From an uncultured Gammaproteobacteria bacterium (GTDB taxonomy: Bacteria; Patescibacteriota; Patescibacteriia; Magasanikbacterales; UBA922): 64,000 nt of DNA. Below, piece after piece: positions 8,574 through 19,396 of the stretch. The position numbers and the translations under genes are program-made. The stretch lies in NCBI GenBank assembly GCA_964519725.1, contig CAZFKS010000004.1:11848-75847 (forward strand), in the 5' to 3' direction. The notes under the pieces are model-generated. The model did not search any database. It worked only from the letters and a program-made list of their open reading frames with translations, and was not told where the DNA came from. Positions within the stretch are counted from its first letter, which is position 1. Each line of letters starts with the position of its first letter.

Positions 8574-10669
8574 AAGATTGGCTTACTAGTTAAGGTGTTT
8601 ACTTTGGCCTTAATATCATCGGGAATTGGCTGATCATAACTATCACCGTAGGCCCAACAACGAGATTTTTTGTCCCATTTTTGGTAGCGCTCGGTGACAC
8701 CATATTCAAAGTGCCAATGTTCAGTGCAGAGTCTAACCCAACCAGCTTGGTTGAAAATATATTCTAAAATAATTTTGTATGGGTCATTCAAAAAGTGTTC
8801 AGAGTAATTTTCTTTGGTAATTTTAAAACTGTCTTCAGCTAATAAAACTTTGCCATTTTTTATGTCTTTCATGTTAGCGTCAACTGCGCCGCCAGTTGCG
8901 TGGGGAGAATTACAGGACGGTGAACTAATTTTGCCCTGATTGCTTTGCCAACCTTTAGTTTTGGTTTGGTAGCGAGCCACCACCCCTGTATTCCAAAGTT
9001 TCACCAGCGAATCAGAGGTGCGCAAAGTGCCACCTGGGAAAATTTTAAAGCCCAGTGATTCGCCTAGGGCCACGGCTTTTCGGAGCGGTTCAACCGCATT
9101 GGGGTGAATTTTTTTACCTTTCCAATTAGGAATATCTTTAATGGTGACAAAAGTATTTTCATTCGGACAGGTGGCGATTTGTTTAAACAAATGCGGTAGC
9201 ACTTCAGTTTTTTGTTCAGTGGTTAAGGCTTGCCAAATCGCAAAACCATCAACATTAACCGTGTTAATTTGGGTACTCATGAACATTTCCGCCTTAACAT
9301 CACCAATATTGGGAATTTTTTCCGTAATGGTAGTGCTTTCAGAAAAATTAGTTTGGGCTTGTCCGGTTGAAGGATCGGTGTCAGCAATAGTTTCTTCTGA
9401 AGGCATTGGCAAATTTTCACCGCGCACGTAAATAATTTTTAAATTATCAAATCGAACTAATTCAGGATTGATTGTGTACAGAATTGTGTATGAACTAACA
9501 GTGATTATTAAACCAGTCACAGCGCCCACCATACGTTTTTTGGCTGAAGATTTTGATTCGCCGCTTGGGTCAGGTAAAGCATATTCAAAACCAGCCACCA
9601 CAATGAGCCCAACACTAACAATTCCACCAATGATTACTAAGTAACGATAAACAGCGGAAATATATTCACCAATAAACGGAATATTTAAGTAAAAAGTGCC
9701 ATCACTATCAATTTTTTGCGCTTCAACTGAATCAATGTTAGAAAAAGTTAGGCCAGGAATTTTAATTTTGTTTTGTGGGGCGCTAACGGTTTCTTTGATT
9801 TTTTCTGGGGTGAGGAATAGAGGTAATTCGGTGGTTTGAACGGCTGTTTCAGACGTGTCTTTGGTTGGAATGTTTGAGAGTGGTTTAACGGCCTTGGCTT
9901 TGCCGTTACACTGGTTATTTAAAATATGATCCAAAAAACAGGCTGTGGCCACAACATTATGACTAGAAAAATCATCTTTTCCGCCAGGCATTTCAAGCAG
10001 ATTAATTTTAGTTGGGTACATTTTTAAAGCAGCCGAGGCTTGACTTAAGCTGTCTAGATATGGGGTGGCATACATGGCAATTGGGCCACTATTATTCAGG
10101 GCCGCGATTTTTTTACACCGATCTCTAAAACAACCGTCTAAAATAATAGTGCGGTTAGCACTAAAACCGTCTTGCAAAAAGTGCAAGATTGAATTGCTAC
10201 CCATACTGTGGCCAGCCACGGTTAAACTTGAGCTATTGAGTGTGACCACTGAAGCGATTTTTTGGCGTGCTTCATTCATGAAACAGGTGGTTTCTTCTTT
10301 GCTCATCACTTTGTCTTCAGCTTCGCTGCCACCCTTATGACCAAGATTGACAATGATGGCGGCCTTTTTGCCTTTACTAGCTAGGGTAGTGGCTGAGCCG
10401 CACAAACTGCCGCTGCCACCACAAAACGAACTGGCACTTGGTGAACCAGTTCCATGAAAATACAAATACAAATCTGTTACTTCGGAAATTGAGTCAGGAA
10501 TAATAAATGCCTGGGTGGTTTGTAGGGCCGCGGATTTGCAGCTACTCGTGTAAGTGTAAAGTTTTGCGCCATTATTCGAACTACTTAAAATTGGCTCACC
10601 TGCGGCCTGAACAGCCTCGCCAAGTAGGCCAAAGCTTAAGAAGAAAAATAGTAGTAATAAGCGTTTCAC
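8570..10669 (-). CDS. Secreted alpha/beta-hydrolase / T4SS-pilin-like / M15 metallopeptidase fusion protein
   Basis: Signal peptide; YFHGTG, AGHSMG, ILDG; 2-TM hairpin ending YTILYTINPELV; SPHATGGAVD and EHWHFEY (M15 D,D-/L,D-peptidase zinc motifs). Confidence 0.78.
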   Translation of the reverse strand: MKRLLLLFFFLSFGLLGEAVQAAGEPILSSSNNGAKLYTYTSSCKSAALQTTQAFIIPDSISEVTDLYLYFHGTGSPSASSFCGGSGSLCGSATTLASKGKKAAIIVNLGHKGGSEAEDKVMSKEETTCFMNEARQKIASVVTLNSSSLTVAGHSMGSNSILHFLQDGFSANRTIILDGCFRDRCKKIAALNNSGPIAMYATPYLDSLSQASAALKMYPTKINLLEMPGGKDDFSSHNVVATACFLDHILNNQCNGKAKAVKPLSNIPTKDTSETAVQTTELPLFLTPEKIKETVSAPQNKIKIPGLTFSNIDSVEAQKIDSDGTFYLNIPFIGEYISAVYRYLVIIGGIVSVGLIVVAGFEYALPDPSGESKSSAKKRMVGAVTGLIITVSSYTILYTINPELVRFDNLKIIYVRGENLPMPSEETIADTDPSTGQAQTNFSESTTITEKIPNIGDVKAEMFMSTQINTVNVDGFAIWQALTTEQKTEVLPHLFKQIATCPNENTFVTIKDIPNWKGKKIHPNAVEPLRKAVALGESLGFKIFPGGTLRTSDSLVKLWNTGVVARYQTKTKGWQSNQGKISSPSCNSPHATGGAVDANMKDIKNGKVLLAEDSFKITKENYSEHFLNDPYKIILEYIFNQAGWVRLCTEHWHFEYGVTERYQKWDKKSRCWAYGDSYDQPIPDDIKAKVNTLTSKPIL

Positions 10670-10671
10670 AC

Positions 10672-11313
10672 TTAGGGGTTAGTTAGTCCCAAAGCTTGTT
10701 CCCAAGCCTCGACAGTTGGGGCAATGGTTACTTGTTTATTATCAATGAAAAAAGTTGGCACTGATTGAATGTTTAGTAGTGCGGCAATACTTTTATTTTG
10801 CTCAAGGTGGGCTTTGGCCGCTTCACTATCAATACAAGTGGCTAATTTTTCCGCATCTAAACCAACGTTGGCCGCAATTTTTTGGAGCGTGGTGTCAGAT
10901 AATTGATCACTGTACGAAAAGGCGAGTGCTTTATATTCAGCAAATTTATTTTGTTGCTGCGCGCAGTAACCATAAGTAATCGCTGGTTCACTAGGGTATG
11001 GATAACGCGTTACAGGTAGGCCTTTCCAAACCACTTTTAGAGCCACTGGATGTTTGGAAATTACCTGCGTTAAAATGGCATCATATTCATTACAGCTGGC
11101 ACAACTATAATCTTCAAACGCCACCACCACTTTGCCAGCGCGTTTAAGTCCAACCACTGGGTCATCAGCTAAAACTGGAATGGTAAAAGTTTCTTCTGTG
11201 GTCTTATCTTTATCAGGAAACAGTGGCTCGTAGCGGAGGACTTGTACAAATAAAACAAACCCGGCTAAAACAATCGCTGGAATAAAGATTAACAACATTT
11301 TTTTTGTACCCAT
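10672..11313 (-). CDS. DsbA-family thiol:disulfide oxidoreductase
   Basis: N-terminal TM, FEDYSCASC (CxxC), cis-Pro VPTFFID. Confidence 0.88.
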   Translation of the reverse strand: MGTKKMLLIFIPAIVLAGFVLFVQVLRYEPLFPDKDKTTEETFTIPVLADDPVVGLKRAGKVVVAFEDYSCASCNEYDAILTQVISKHPVALKVVWKGLPVTRYPYPSEPAITYGYCAQQQNKFAEYKALAFSYSDQLSDTTLQKIAANVGLDAEKLATCIDSEAAKAHLEQNKSIAALLNIQSVPTFFIDNKQVTIAPTVEAWEQALGLTNP

Positions 11314-11314
11314 A

Positions 11315-12565
11315 CTAAAGTTTTACTTGGAACATACCTGACTGGGCTTTGTCAGTGAAATATAAAGTTTGACCATCTTCACTCAAAGTAATGGTATCAA
11401 TGGTGTGAATATCATCGAGAGGAATATCGGTTTTGAGACCAGTGGCGGTGTCGATTTTGTACAATTTGTCTGGAGTGTTGTTGGCGACCGCTGGTGCAAA
11501 ACCCGCCCCAGTATTAAGTAATTCTGGGACACCACAGTACACAAAGCGGTCATCAGCCATCGCACATTTGCTGGCCCAAGTTTGCACGCCAAGTAATTTG
11601 CGATTACCACCCACTGTGTCTGGAGTGCCGTCAGAAATCCAGAGTTCAGGTTTAAAATCACTGGCCGCACTGTAAACACTGTGTAAAATTTTACTGCCAG
11701 ATTTTGACCACTTGGTTTCTAGGCCACGACCTTCAACAATAAGTGATTTGAAATTTTCTTGATTTTGACCTAGGAGTAAAACTTGTTGACGATCGTCACT
11801 GAGCGCTTCGCCAGTTTTTGACATGCCCACCACTTGGCGATTAGGAGACCAGTCAACTGTAACTTTATCAGCATTGTTTCCAAGCGGTTGAATTAAGCGC
11901 ACGCTTGATCCGTCTGGGGCAGAACTAATTAACCACCGATTTTCTGGGGCTAAACCAACACTTTTAGCCGCCACTTGATCGCCTTGAGGTGAGAAGGAAA
12001 AATTTTCCCAGTGTCGTGGTAAAGTCACTTGTTGTTTGGTATTAAAGTCGTAAAAAATATTGGAGCCGTCTGGATATTCTAAAATTGAATTATTACCGGT
12101 TGGCGACCAGGTAACTTTTTGCACATTGTAAAATGTTTGATCAGACAATGGCACAGCCACACCCGATGCATCAAGTCGATAAAATTTTCCGTCTTCAGAA
12201 TTATAAAATTTAGTGTTGCCGCCGGCGGTATTAACGCCACGTACGGCTGAGTCAACAATTTTGGTCACGCGTTCACTAGTAAAGTTTGGTTGGTTGAGCG
12301 GTAAACCAGTGTTTGCATCAACCCCGCCGATTGGACCAGTGACTGTACCAACTGGTGGAATCTCGCCGTTATTTGTACCGTTGTCTTGATTGGGTGTGCC
12401 ATTATTAATGTTTGGAAAACCCACTTGTCCGCCAGTTTCAATTTGGGTGCCAGTGTCTGAGGTTGGCGGTGGTGCTTTGCGGAAAAAAACAAAATAAATT
12501 GCGTACGCCATGCCAATGGAAAAGAGAATGAAACCAATGATGAGCGCAATTCTTTTTTTATCCAT
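11315..12565 (-). CDS. Membrane-anchored beta-propeller (TolB-like) hypothetical protein
   Basis: N-terminal TM, low-complexity linker, repeated WSP/FSP blades. Confidence 0.65.
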   Translation of the reverse strand: MDKKRIALIIGFILFSIGMAYAIYFVFFRKAPPPTSDTGTQIETGGQVGFPNINNGTPNQDNGTNNGEIPPVGTVTGPIGGVDANTGLPLNQPNFTSERVTKIVDSAVRGVNTAGGNTKFYNSEDGKFYRLDASGVAVPLSDQTFYNVQKVTWSPTGNNSILEYPDGSNIFYDFNTKQQVTLPRHWENFSFSPQGDQVAAKSVGLAPENRWLISSAPDGSSVRLIQPLGNNADKVTVDWSPNRQVVGMSKTGEALSDDRQQVLLLGQNQENFKSLIVEGRGLETKWSKSGSKILHSVYSAASDFKPELWISDGTPDTVGGNRKLLGVQTWASKCAMADDRFVYCGVPELLNTGAGFAPAVANNTPDKLYKIDTATGLKTDIPLDDIHTIDTITLSEDGQTLYFTDKAQSGMFQVKL

Positions 12566-12568
12566 ATA

Positions 12569-14167
12569 TTAAATGTTTGGGGCAGGTGGTTGAGTGAGAT
12601 TGGTGGCGGCTGGTGCTTGGGCTGGATTTGGTGGCTGGGTTAATTTGTAGCGCTCGCGAGCCATTTCATTGTATTGTTTAATGATTTTAGTTTTTTCGGC
12701 TTTTTTTGCGTCACGTTTTTTTACTTCTGATTTTATTTTATCTTTAAGCTCGTCATTAGTAACTTTTAGTAAATCAATGCCTTTTTTTAGTGGCCAGGCC
12801 CAACCAGAAATAATTGGCACTACGAAAAAGAAAATTATAGTAATTGCGAACAGAACCGCAATGACGATCAGGGTAATCCATGCCAATCGTAAACCTTTGA
12901 TCCGAAAATTATTTTTTTCAATTTGACTTTCGATTGGTTCAATAGTGTGCGTGATCGCATCAATTTCTTTTTGCACCTTAGTTTCTGCCTGTTCTAACTC
13001 AGCTAGTTTTTTGGTCAATTCATCGATGGCTGGTTGATTTGGATTCTGAACTGGAACATTATTGTCTATTTTACCATGACTAGGGTCGGTTTGGGCAGTG
13101 GTCTCAGTGGCTAAGTCTGGATTTTGGTCAGGCTCAGCTTCGGTTTGGTCCGCAGGAGCTTCTTCGGATTTGGCTCCTGACCTTTGGTCACTTTGATTAT
13201 TAATTCCAGCAATTCCAAGGGCTTTGTTATTTTTTAAACGAGGTAAACCATTTTCATCAGTTTCAATCAGTGGTTCACCAAGGCCAGTCATTACTTCTTT
13301 GACTTCTGGTGGGGGAGTTGGTTCTTCTACAGGTTTTTGGGCTGGTTCAGCTGGTTTTGTTTCTGGTGGTGCTTCAGTCGCAGCAATATTTGGCGCAGTT
13401 GATTCAGTTGGGGCCGGGTTTGGTTTATCAGCTTCGGCTAAGTCAGAATTTTTTTGGTTATCGCGATCAGTTTGGCCTTCGTTAATACCGGCTTCTTGTC
13501 GATCAACCGGTACATTTGACTCGCCGCCAGTTGGATTTACTGGTGGTTCAGTGGGATTCGCGTCTTCAGAATTTTTTTGTTCACTGCGCTTGGCAGCAGC
13601 TTGGTCAGCGCCAGCAGCCTGTCGATCTGGTGCTTGAGTTGGTTGTTCGCCACGCGGAACAGCGGCTGAATTTTTGTCCTCAGGTTTTTGCACTGGGATT
13701 TCTGGTTCGGTTGGTGGAGTCGGAGGTGTGACTGTTGCTGCATCAGGTGCTGTCTCTGGTTCGGCTGGGGGCGTTTGAACCGGTGGTTCTTCTATAGCAA
13801 CAACTGCGGCTGGAGTATTTGGTGGAATTGGGTTATTACCGAATTCATTTAGAACATCCGCTAGTTCTTCGGCTTTAGTTTGGTCAGTTAATTTTTCCAC
13901 GGCATCATCAATTAATGTAGTCGCAACTAAATCATCAATAGCATTATCAAGGGCTTTTTCTTGACCTAAATCATCAGTAATTTGACCAATCATTTTGGTT
14001 GCTACATCTTGGAGTGTGTCATTAACTTTGGCTAAACCTGCCCCTTGTAATTGACTAGCTGCGAGTGCAGACATCAAAGCTCGTTTAATTTTACCTACCT
14101 GGCCATTAAAAAAACTACTAATTGGTTTAGTAATTGATTCAATTGGTTTGTTTGGGGGGTTAGCCAT
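12569..14167 (-). CDS. Hypothetical protein with long Pro/Glu-rich region, coiled coils and a hydrophobic segment
   Basis: 532-aa ORF coupled to neighbours; composition read directly. Confidence 0.7.
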   Translation of the reverse strand: MANPPNKPIESITKPISSFFNGQVGKIKRALMSALAASQLQGAGLAKVNDTLQDVATKMIGQITDDLGQEKALDNAIDDLVATTLIDDAVEKLTDQTKAEELADVLNEFGNNPIPPNTPAAVVAIEEPPVQTPPAEPETAPDAATVTPPTPPTEPEIPVQKPEDKNSAAVPRGEQPTQAPDRQAAGADQAAAKRSEQKNSEDANPTEPPVNPTGGESNVPVDRQEAGINEGQTDRDNQKNSDLAEADKPNPAPTESTAPNIAATEAPPETKPAEPAQKPVEEPTPPPEVKEVMTGLGEPLIETDENGLPRLKNNKALGIAGINNQSDQRSGAKSEEAPADQTEAEPDQNPDLATETTAQTDPSHGKIDNNVPVQNPNQPAIDELTKKLAELEQAETKVQKEIDAITHTIEPIESQIEKNNFRIKGLRLAWITLIVIAVLFAITIIFFFVVPIISGWAWPLKKGIDLLKVTNDELKDKIKSEVKKRDAKKAEKTKIIKQYNEMARERYKLTQPPNPAQAPAATNLTQPPAPNI

Positions 14168-14492
14168 TTTGGGCGCGATTAGTAGCGGCTAATAATTTGG
14201 CGCAATCAGCGTAATAGGCAGCAATAATTCCTGGTGTTTTTTGTTTGGCTAAAATGGCTGAGCTTTCGTACAGATCTTCTAAATGCAGCGTAGTTTGTTC
14301 GGCGCGTAGTCTAATTAATGTATCAACGATTTTAGTATCAGCTAAGTTAGCCGCTAATTTTTTTTTCCAAAAAATTAATTCTTCGTTAATGTGTTCTAGC
14401 CGTGTGGCCCGACGTTCAGACGTGTTTTGACTACCAAGTCGATCTTTATTTTTTTGCACAGCTAAACGGTGAGCCGCATCATTTGAGGACAT
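14160..14492 (-). CDS. Hypothetical protein
   Basis: 110-aa ORF overlapping the clpC stop and the next start. Confidence 0.55.
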   Translation of the reverse strand: MSSNDAAHRLAVQKNKDRLGSQNTSERRATRLEHINEELIFWKKKLAANLADTKIVDTLIRLRAEQTTLHLEDLYESSAILAKQKTPGIIAAYYADCAKLLAATNRAQNG

Positions 14493-17019
14493 ATTTTTCC
14501 GCTTCGCGCGTTAAGGTGAGTTTGGTTTTGCGTTTAGCTTTGCCAGCTTCTTTTTTGAGTCGAGAAATAATCAGCTCGGGAATTAAGCGTTCAATTAAAC
14601 GCTGGACTGGTCGGGCACCCAGGTCAACACTGAATGACTCAGTGGCCAAAGCTTCAACCACGGTTTTGTCCGGATTAATTGAGAGTGAGCGTGCTTGTTC
14701 AAGTTCACGGCTAATCCGCGCAATTTCTGTTGTAATAATGGCCTCAATATCAGTTTTGGTGAGTGGTGAAAAAATCGCAATGGTATCGAGTCGACTCATC
14801 ACGGCCGCACCTAATTCATCTTTGACCGCGGCGCGAACCTTTTGCTCAATGTTTGTAGTTTGTCCGTGACTGTTAAAACCAATCCCAGCGGATTTAAATA
14901 ATTGACTACCAATATTCGCGGTTAAAATAATGATGGCGTGATTAAAATGTACTTTTTTGCCACCACCGTCAGTCAGCTCGCCTTCGTCCAAGATTTGCAG
15001 AAGTAATTTGCGCACATCAGGGTGGGCTTTATCAATTTCATCAAACAAAACCACGGAATATGGACGGCGACGCAGTTCATCAAACAAGCGGTTGCGATCT
15101 TTGTACCCAATGTAACCAGCTGGCGAGCCGAGAAGTTTAGCCACACTGTGACTTTCCGCAAATTCGCTCATGTCTAATTTAATGAGAGCGTCGGGATTAT
15201 GATACAAACCAGCGGCAATTTGTTTGGCCATTTCGGTTTTACCAACGCCGCTTGGACCAACAAATAAAAATGAAGCAAATGGTTTGCCTTTGCGGCCCAG
15301 GCCTAAATAGCGTTCTTTGAGGGTGTGAATAACAGTGTCAATGACGGCTTTTTGGCCAATAATTTTTTCAGTCAGTAAATTTTCGGTTTGTTCAACCGTG
15401 TCCCACTCACTACTGGCCAAGAGTGATGAGTCAATACTTAACCGACTGGCTAATGTTTTGACCACATCTTCGGCTTTAACTAAAATAGTTTGTTTTTTAG
15501 TTTTCTTACTACTGTCTTTTTCAATTTTTTTCAATTCTTTTTCTAATTTAGAAATAGTTTTTTTGTGACGCTCAGCTTGCTTAACATTCTTGGCGGTTAA
15601 GGCTTCGGTTTTGGCCGCTTCAGCTTCTTTAATTTCTTTTTCAATGGCCGCAATTTTTTTAGCATTGGGATTTTTATGTTCACGCACTTTTACCGTTGCA
15701 GCCGCTTCATCCAGTAAATCAATTGATTTGTCAGGTTGATATGAATCGTGTAGATATTTATTACTTAATTCCACCGCACTTTCCACCGCCCCAGAAGAAA
15801 TTGTTACTTCGTGAAATGATTCATAATATTTTTTGATGCCTTCTAGAATTGAAACCGTTTGGGCTGGGGTTGGTTCAGCCACAGTAATGGATTGGAAGCG
15901 ACGTTCTAGAGCTGGGTCAGAGGTAATGTATTTTTTGTACTCATCGTACGTAGTCGCGCCAATACAATGCAATTGGCCGCGCGCCAACGCTGGCTTCAAA
16001 ATATTGGCTGCATCAAGGGTACCTTGATTTGAACCAGCGCCAATAATAGTGTGAATTTCATCAATAAATAAAATAGTGTCTGGACTGTGTGACAGTTCGT
16101 CAATGACTTGTTTTAAGCGTGATTCAAATTCACCGCGGTAAATTGTTCCGGCAATAAGTAAGGTCAAATCAAGGGATAGAATTTTTTTGCGGCGCAAAAT
16201 ATCTGGTACATCACCGCTTTTAATGCGTTTGGCTAGGCCTTCAACAATCGCAGTTTTACCAACCCCTGGCTCACCAATTAAAACCGGATTATTTTTAGTT
16301 CGGCGTGACAAAATATTTATCACCCGATTAATTTCTTCGTCCCGACCAATTACTGGGTCTAATTTTTTTTCTACCGCACTGTCAGTTAAATTCACGGTAA
16401 AATATTGGACTGCACTTTCGTTGGCCCCGCGTTTTTGTTTTGGACCAGGCGCGCCGTGATCATGATCATGGTCGTGCTCAGCGTCTTTATCAGCCTCGGC
16501 TGCCAAATTATCCATAGTTTCAATCATGGCCTCGATGCTGGCAGACTGACCACTAGTTTCCAGTGAATTTGTGACATTTTTGTGTAAGTCAGAAATTTTT
16601 ACACCTAAGGCTTTAAATAATTCGGCGAGCGCTTGATCAGGAGCTTCCAGTAAAGCGAGCAGTAAATGTTCTGTACCAATGTAACTGTGACCGCGCTCAA
16701 AGGCAATCAGAAGCGAACGCTCAATCACTTTGCTAGCTGCTTGGCCAAGGTCAGGCAGAGCTGGTTTACCTTCCTGACCGCGCTCGACTGCTTCGCGCCC
16801 AGCCACTGAGCGCCGGAATTCGACCAAAGGGAAATTATTTTTTTGTAAAATTTCACTGGCCACTGAGCCAGGTTCTTCGGTTAGGCCAATAAACAGGTGA
16901 AGTGGCTCAACCTGGTGAATTTTGGCCGCATGCGCCGTTGAAATTGCACGCGCAATAACATTTTTTAAGTGCGTGGAAAAATTATCTAAGAGTTTTTGTG
17001 GGGTCATACGTTTTGACAT
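14479..17019 (-). CDS. clpC: ATP-dependent Clp protease ATP-binding subunit (ClpC-like)
   Basis: Clp-N repeats, [15 protein letters not shown], second [24 protein letters not shown]-like loop GIGF; start uncertain (17007 or 17019). Confidence 0.92.
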   Translation of the reverse strand: MSKRMTPQKLLDNFSTHLKNVIARAISTAHAAKIHQVEPLHLFIGLTEEPGSVASEILQKNNFPLVEFRRSVAGREAVERGQEGKPALPDLGQAASKVIERSLLIAFERGHSYIGTEHLLLALLEAPDQALAELFKALGVKISDLHKNVTNSLETSGQSASIEAMIETMDNLAAEADKDAEHDHDHDHGAPGPKQKRGANESAVQYFTVNLTDSAVEKKLDPVIGRDEEINRVINILSRRTKNNPVLIGEPGVGKTAIVEGLAKRIKSGDVPDILRRKKILSLDLTLLIAGTIYRGEFESRLKQVIDELSHSPDTILFIDEIHTIIGAGSNQGTLDAANILKPALARGQLHCIGATTYDEYKKYITSDPALERRFQSITVAEPTPAQTVSILEGIKKYYESFHEVTISSGAVESAVELSNKYLHDSYQPDKSIDLLDEAAATVKVREHKNPNAKKIAAIEKEIKEAEAAKTEALTAKNVKQAERHKKTISKLEKELKKIEKDSSKKTKKQTILVKAEDVVKTLASRLSIDSSLLASSEWDTVEQTENLLTEKIIGQKAVIDTVIHTLKERYLGLGRKGKPFASFLFVGPSGVGKTEMAKQIAAGLYHNPDALIKLDMSEFAESHSVAKLLGSPAGYIGYKDRNRLFDELRRRPYSVVLFDEIDKAHPDVRKLLLQILDEGELTDGGGKKVHFNHAIIILTANIGSQLFKSAGIGFNSHGQTTNIEQKVRAAVKDELGAAVMSRLDTIAIFSPLTKTDIEAIITTEIARISRELEQARSLSINPDKTVVEALATESFSVDLGARPVQRLIERLIPELIISRLKKEAGKAKRKTKLTLTREAEKYVLK

Positions 17020-17075
17020 TTGAGTGGTCCCTTTATACAATCAGTATACTTAATTTTCTTAATTTTTCCTAGGGT

Positions 17076-18455
17076 ATGACCTTTCCAGCACACATTTTTA
17101 AAGCTTATGATATTCGGGGTTTGGTGGAGGGGGAATTGTCACCAGAATTGGCCTATAAAATTGGGGCAGCGTTTGCGTTGTTTTTGCGGCAGCATGATTT
17201 GGTTAAAGCTGGCCAAAGGGTTGTGGTTGGATATGATATGCGGCCAACCAGTGTACCATTTGAGGCTGAAGTGGTCCGGGCAATTACTGATCAGGGACTA
17301 GATGTAGTCCGAATTGGTCTGTCTTCAACGCCTTTTTTTAATTTTGCTTGCGCGCATTTTCCTGAACATGCGGGTGGAGTAATGGTCACGGCCAGTCATA
17401 ACCCAGCGGCGTACAATGGTTTTAAAATGACCTTGGCCAATGGTGTACCAATTGGCAAGCAGACTGGAATGAGCGAAATTCGGGATTTAGCAGCTGGGGA
17501 AATTCCAAACCCAGTTGAAAAAAAGGGAAGTGTGGAGAGTCGAGATATTTTCCCAGATTATTTGGCTAAATTAAAATCACTAGTCAATTTTGGTGCAATT
17601 AAACCACTTAAAATTGTGGTTGATGCGGGTAATGGGATGGCCCAAATTAGTTTGCCAAAGGTTTTAGCTGAATTGCCAGTTCAAGTTGAATATTTATTTT
17701 TAGAACCAGATGGAACTTTCCCAAATCATGAGGCTAATCCACTTAACACGGCCACACTGCGGGACTTGCAAGCTAAAGTGAAGGAGACAGGTGCGGACTT
17801 TGGTTTTGCTTTGGATGGTGATGCTGATCGGATTGGTCTAGTCGACAATAATGGGGAAGTGGTTGATGCTTCACATGTGGCTGCCCTGATTGGTCTCGAA
17901 GTTTTGCAAAAACAACCAGGTGCGCTTGGGCTCTATGACTTGCGTACCAGCCAAATTGTGCGGGATACTTGGGAGGCAGTGGGTGCCAAAACTGACATGT
18001 GTATGGTTGGGCATGCCAATATTAAAAAACAAATGCTCGAAACTGGCGCGGTTTTTGCGAGTGAGCTTTCGCTTCATGTGTATTTTGGTGAATTTTACAA
18101 TTTAGAGTGTTCTGATTTGTCACTGTTATATTTCCTCTATTTGGTTTCAGATAGTGGTCAAAAGATGAGTGAGCTAGTGGCGCCACTCAAAATTAAATAT
18201 GCACACTCCGGTGAAATTAATTTTGAAATTCAAGATAAAGCCGGGGCCATGCAAGCGATTCGAGATGCATTTGGGGCGACTGCAATTAAAAGTTCTGATC
18301 TAGACGGAGTTTGGTATGGTTTTGATTGGGGTTTTGCTAGTGTGCGGACTAGTAATACTGAACCACTCTTACGTTTAAATCTGGAAACTGCTTCAGCTGA
18401 ATTGACCAAACAAAAAGTAGCCGAGTTTAGTGCGGTTTTAAAAAAGTTTGAGTAA
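17076..18455 (+). CDS. Phosphomannomutase/phosphoglucomutase
   Basis: FKAYDIRG, VTASHNP, DGDADR, RTSNTEP. Confidence 0.93.
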   Translation: MTFPAHIFKAYDIRGLVEGELSPELAYKIGAAFALFLRQHDLVKAGQRVVVGYDMRPTSVPFEAEVVRAITDQGLDVVRIGLSSTPFFNFACAHFPEHAGGVMVTASHNPAAYNGFKMTLANGVPIGKQTGMSEIRDLAAGEIPNPVEKKGSVESRDIFPDYLAKLKSLVNFGAIKPLKIVVDAGNGMAQISLPKVLAELPVQVEYLFLEPDGTFPNHEANPLNTATLRDLQAKVKETGADFGFALDGDADRIGLVDNNGEVVDASHVAALIGLEVLQKQPGALGLYDLRTSQIVRDTWEAVGAKTDMCMVGHANIKKQMLETGAVFASELSLHVYFGEFYNLECSDLSLLYFLYLVSDSGQKMSELVAPLKIKYAHSGEINFEIQDKAGAMQAIRDAFGATAIKSSDLDGVWYGFDWGFASVRTSNTEPLLRLNLETASAELTKQKVAEFSAVLKKFE

Positions 18456-18470
18456 AATTTTTACTCAAAT

Positions 18471-18498
18471 AAAAATCCCTCGCGAACGGGGGATTTTT
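18471..18498. terminator. Bidirectional terminator
   Basis: aaaaatccct-cgcgaacg-ggggattttt between convergent genes. Confidence 0.75.
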
Positions 18499-18507
18499 AT
18501 TTGTACG

Positions 18508-19386
18508 TTACTTAATCATCCCGCGGAGCCGATCAATTCGATCTTGAATTGGTGGGTGAGTGGAAAATAGACCAGATAAACTTTTACCTTTGAATGGATT
18601 GGAAATAAACAAGTGGGCAGTGGCTGTGGAAGCGCTTTGCAAAGGAACATTTGAACCAGAAATTTTTTCCAGTGCCCGCGCCAAACCCTCTGGATAACGC
18701 GTAAGCAGTGATCCAGACGCATCAGCCAAATACTCGCGCTTGCGCGACACGGCTAATTTAATTAATTCAGCAATGAGTGGGGAAAGTAGCATGAATACGA
18801 TGGCGACAAGGCCAAATAAATTACCACCTTTGCTATCACTATCACTATTGCGTCGGCCACCACCAAAACGCAGGAACCACTGGGCTAATAGTGATACCAG
18901 ACCAACCAAAACAATCACCACGGTCATAACCCGAATGTCATAATTTTGAATGTGCGAAAGTTCGTGCGCAATCACCCCCTCTAATTCTTCATTTTCCAGC
19001 GCCCCAATAATTCCGGTGGTGAGCGCAATGCTGGCGTGCTTTGGGTCGCGACCAGTGGCAAACGCATTTAAAGCGGGTGAGTCAATGAGGTAAATCTTTG
19101 GCAGGGGAATTCCGGCCGTAATACACAAATTTTCCACCAATCGATATACGTACGGATTTTCTTCTTTGGTAATGTGCCGCGCCCCGCTACTACTGAGCGC
19201 TACCTTATCACCAGCAAAATAACTAGTTAAAGTCATGACCAGGGAAATTGCCCCAGCTAAAATAATTGACTCTGGGCCAGTGCCTTGCCACTGCTGGATC
19301 GCATAACCAAGCCCAAACACAAACACGACGAAAAATAGAATCAGCATCCAGGTCTTGCGTTTATTAGCCGTAATTTGCGAATACAT
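18508..19386 (-). CDS. htpX: Zinc metalloprotease HtpX (M48)
   Basis: NAFATG, AHELSH, SRKREYLAD, FSTHPP. Confidence 0.94.
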   Translation of the reverse strand: MYSQITANKRKTWMLILFFVVFVFGLGYAIQQWQGTGPESIILAGAISLVMTLTSYFAGDKVALSSSGARHITKEENPYVYRLVENLCITAGIPLPKIYLIDSPALNAFATGRDPKHASIALTTGIIGALENEELEGVIAHELSHIQNYDIRVMTVVIVLVGLVSLLAQWFLRFGGGRRNSDSDSKGGNLFGLVAIVFMLLSPLIAELIKLAVSRKREYLADASGSLLTRYPEGLARALEKISGSNVPLQSASTATAHLFISNPFKGKSLSGLFSTHPPIQDRIDRLRGMIK

Positions 19387-19396
19387 TTAGGTAAAA

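Noticed and set aside
16455-16480. Short tandem repeat gatcatgatcatggtc in clpC
   Set aside because: Encodes an EHDHDHDH linker in a variable region; not a DNA-level element.
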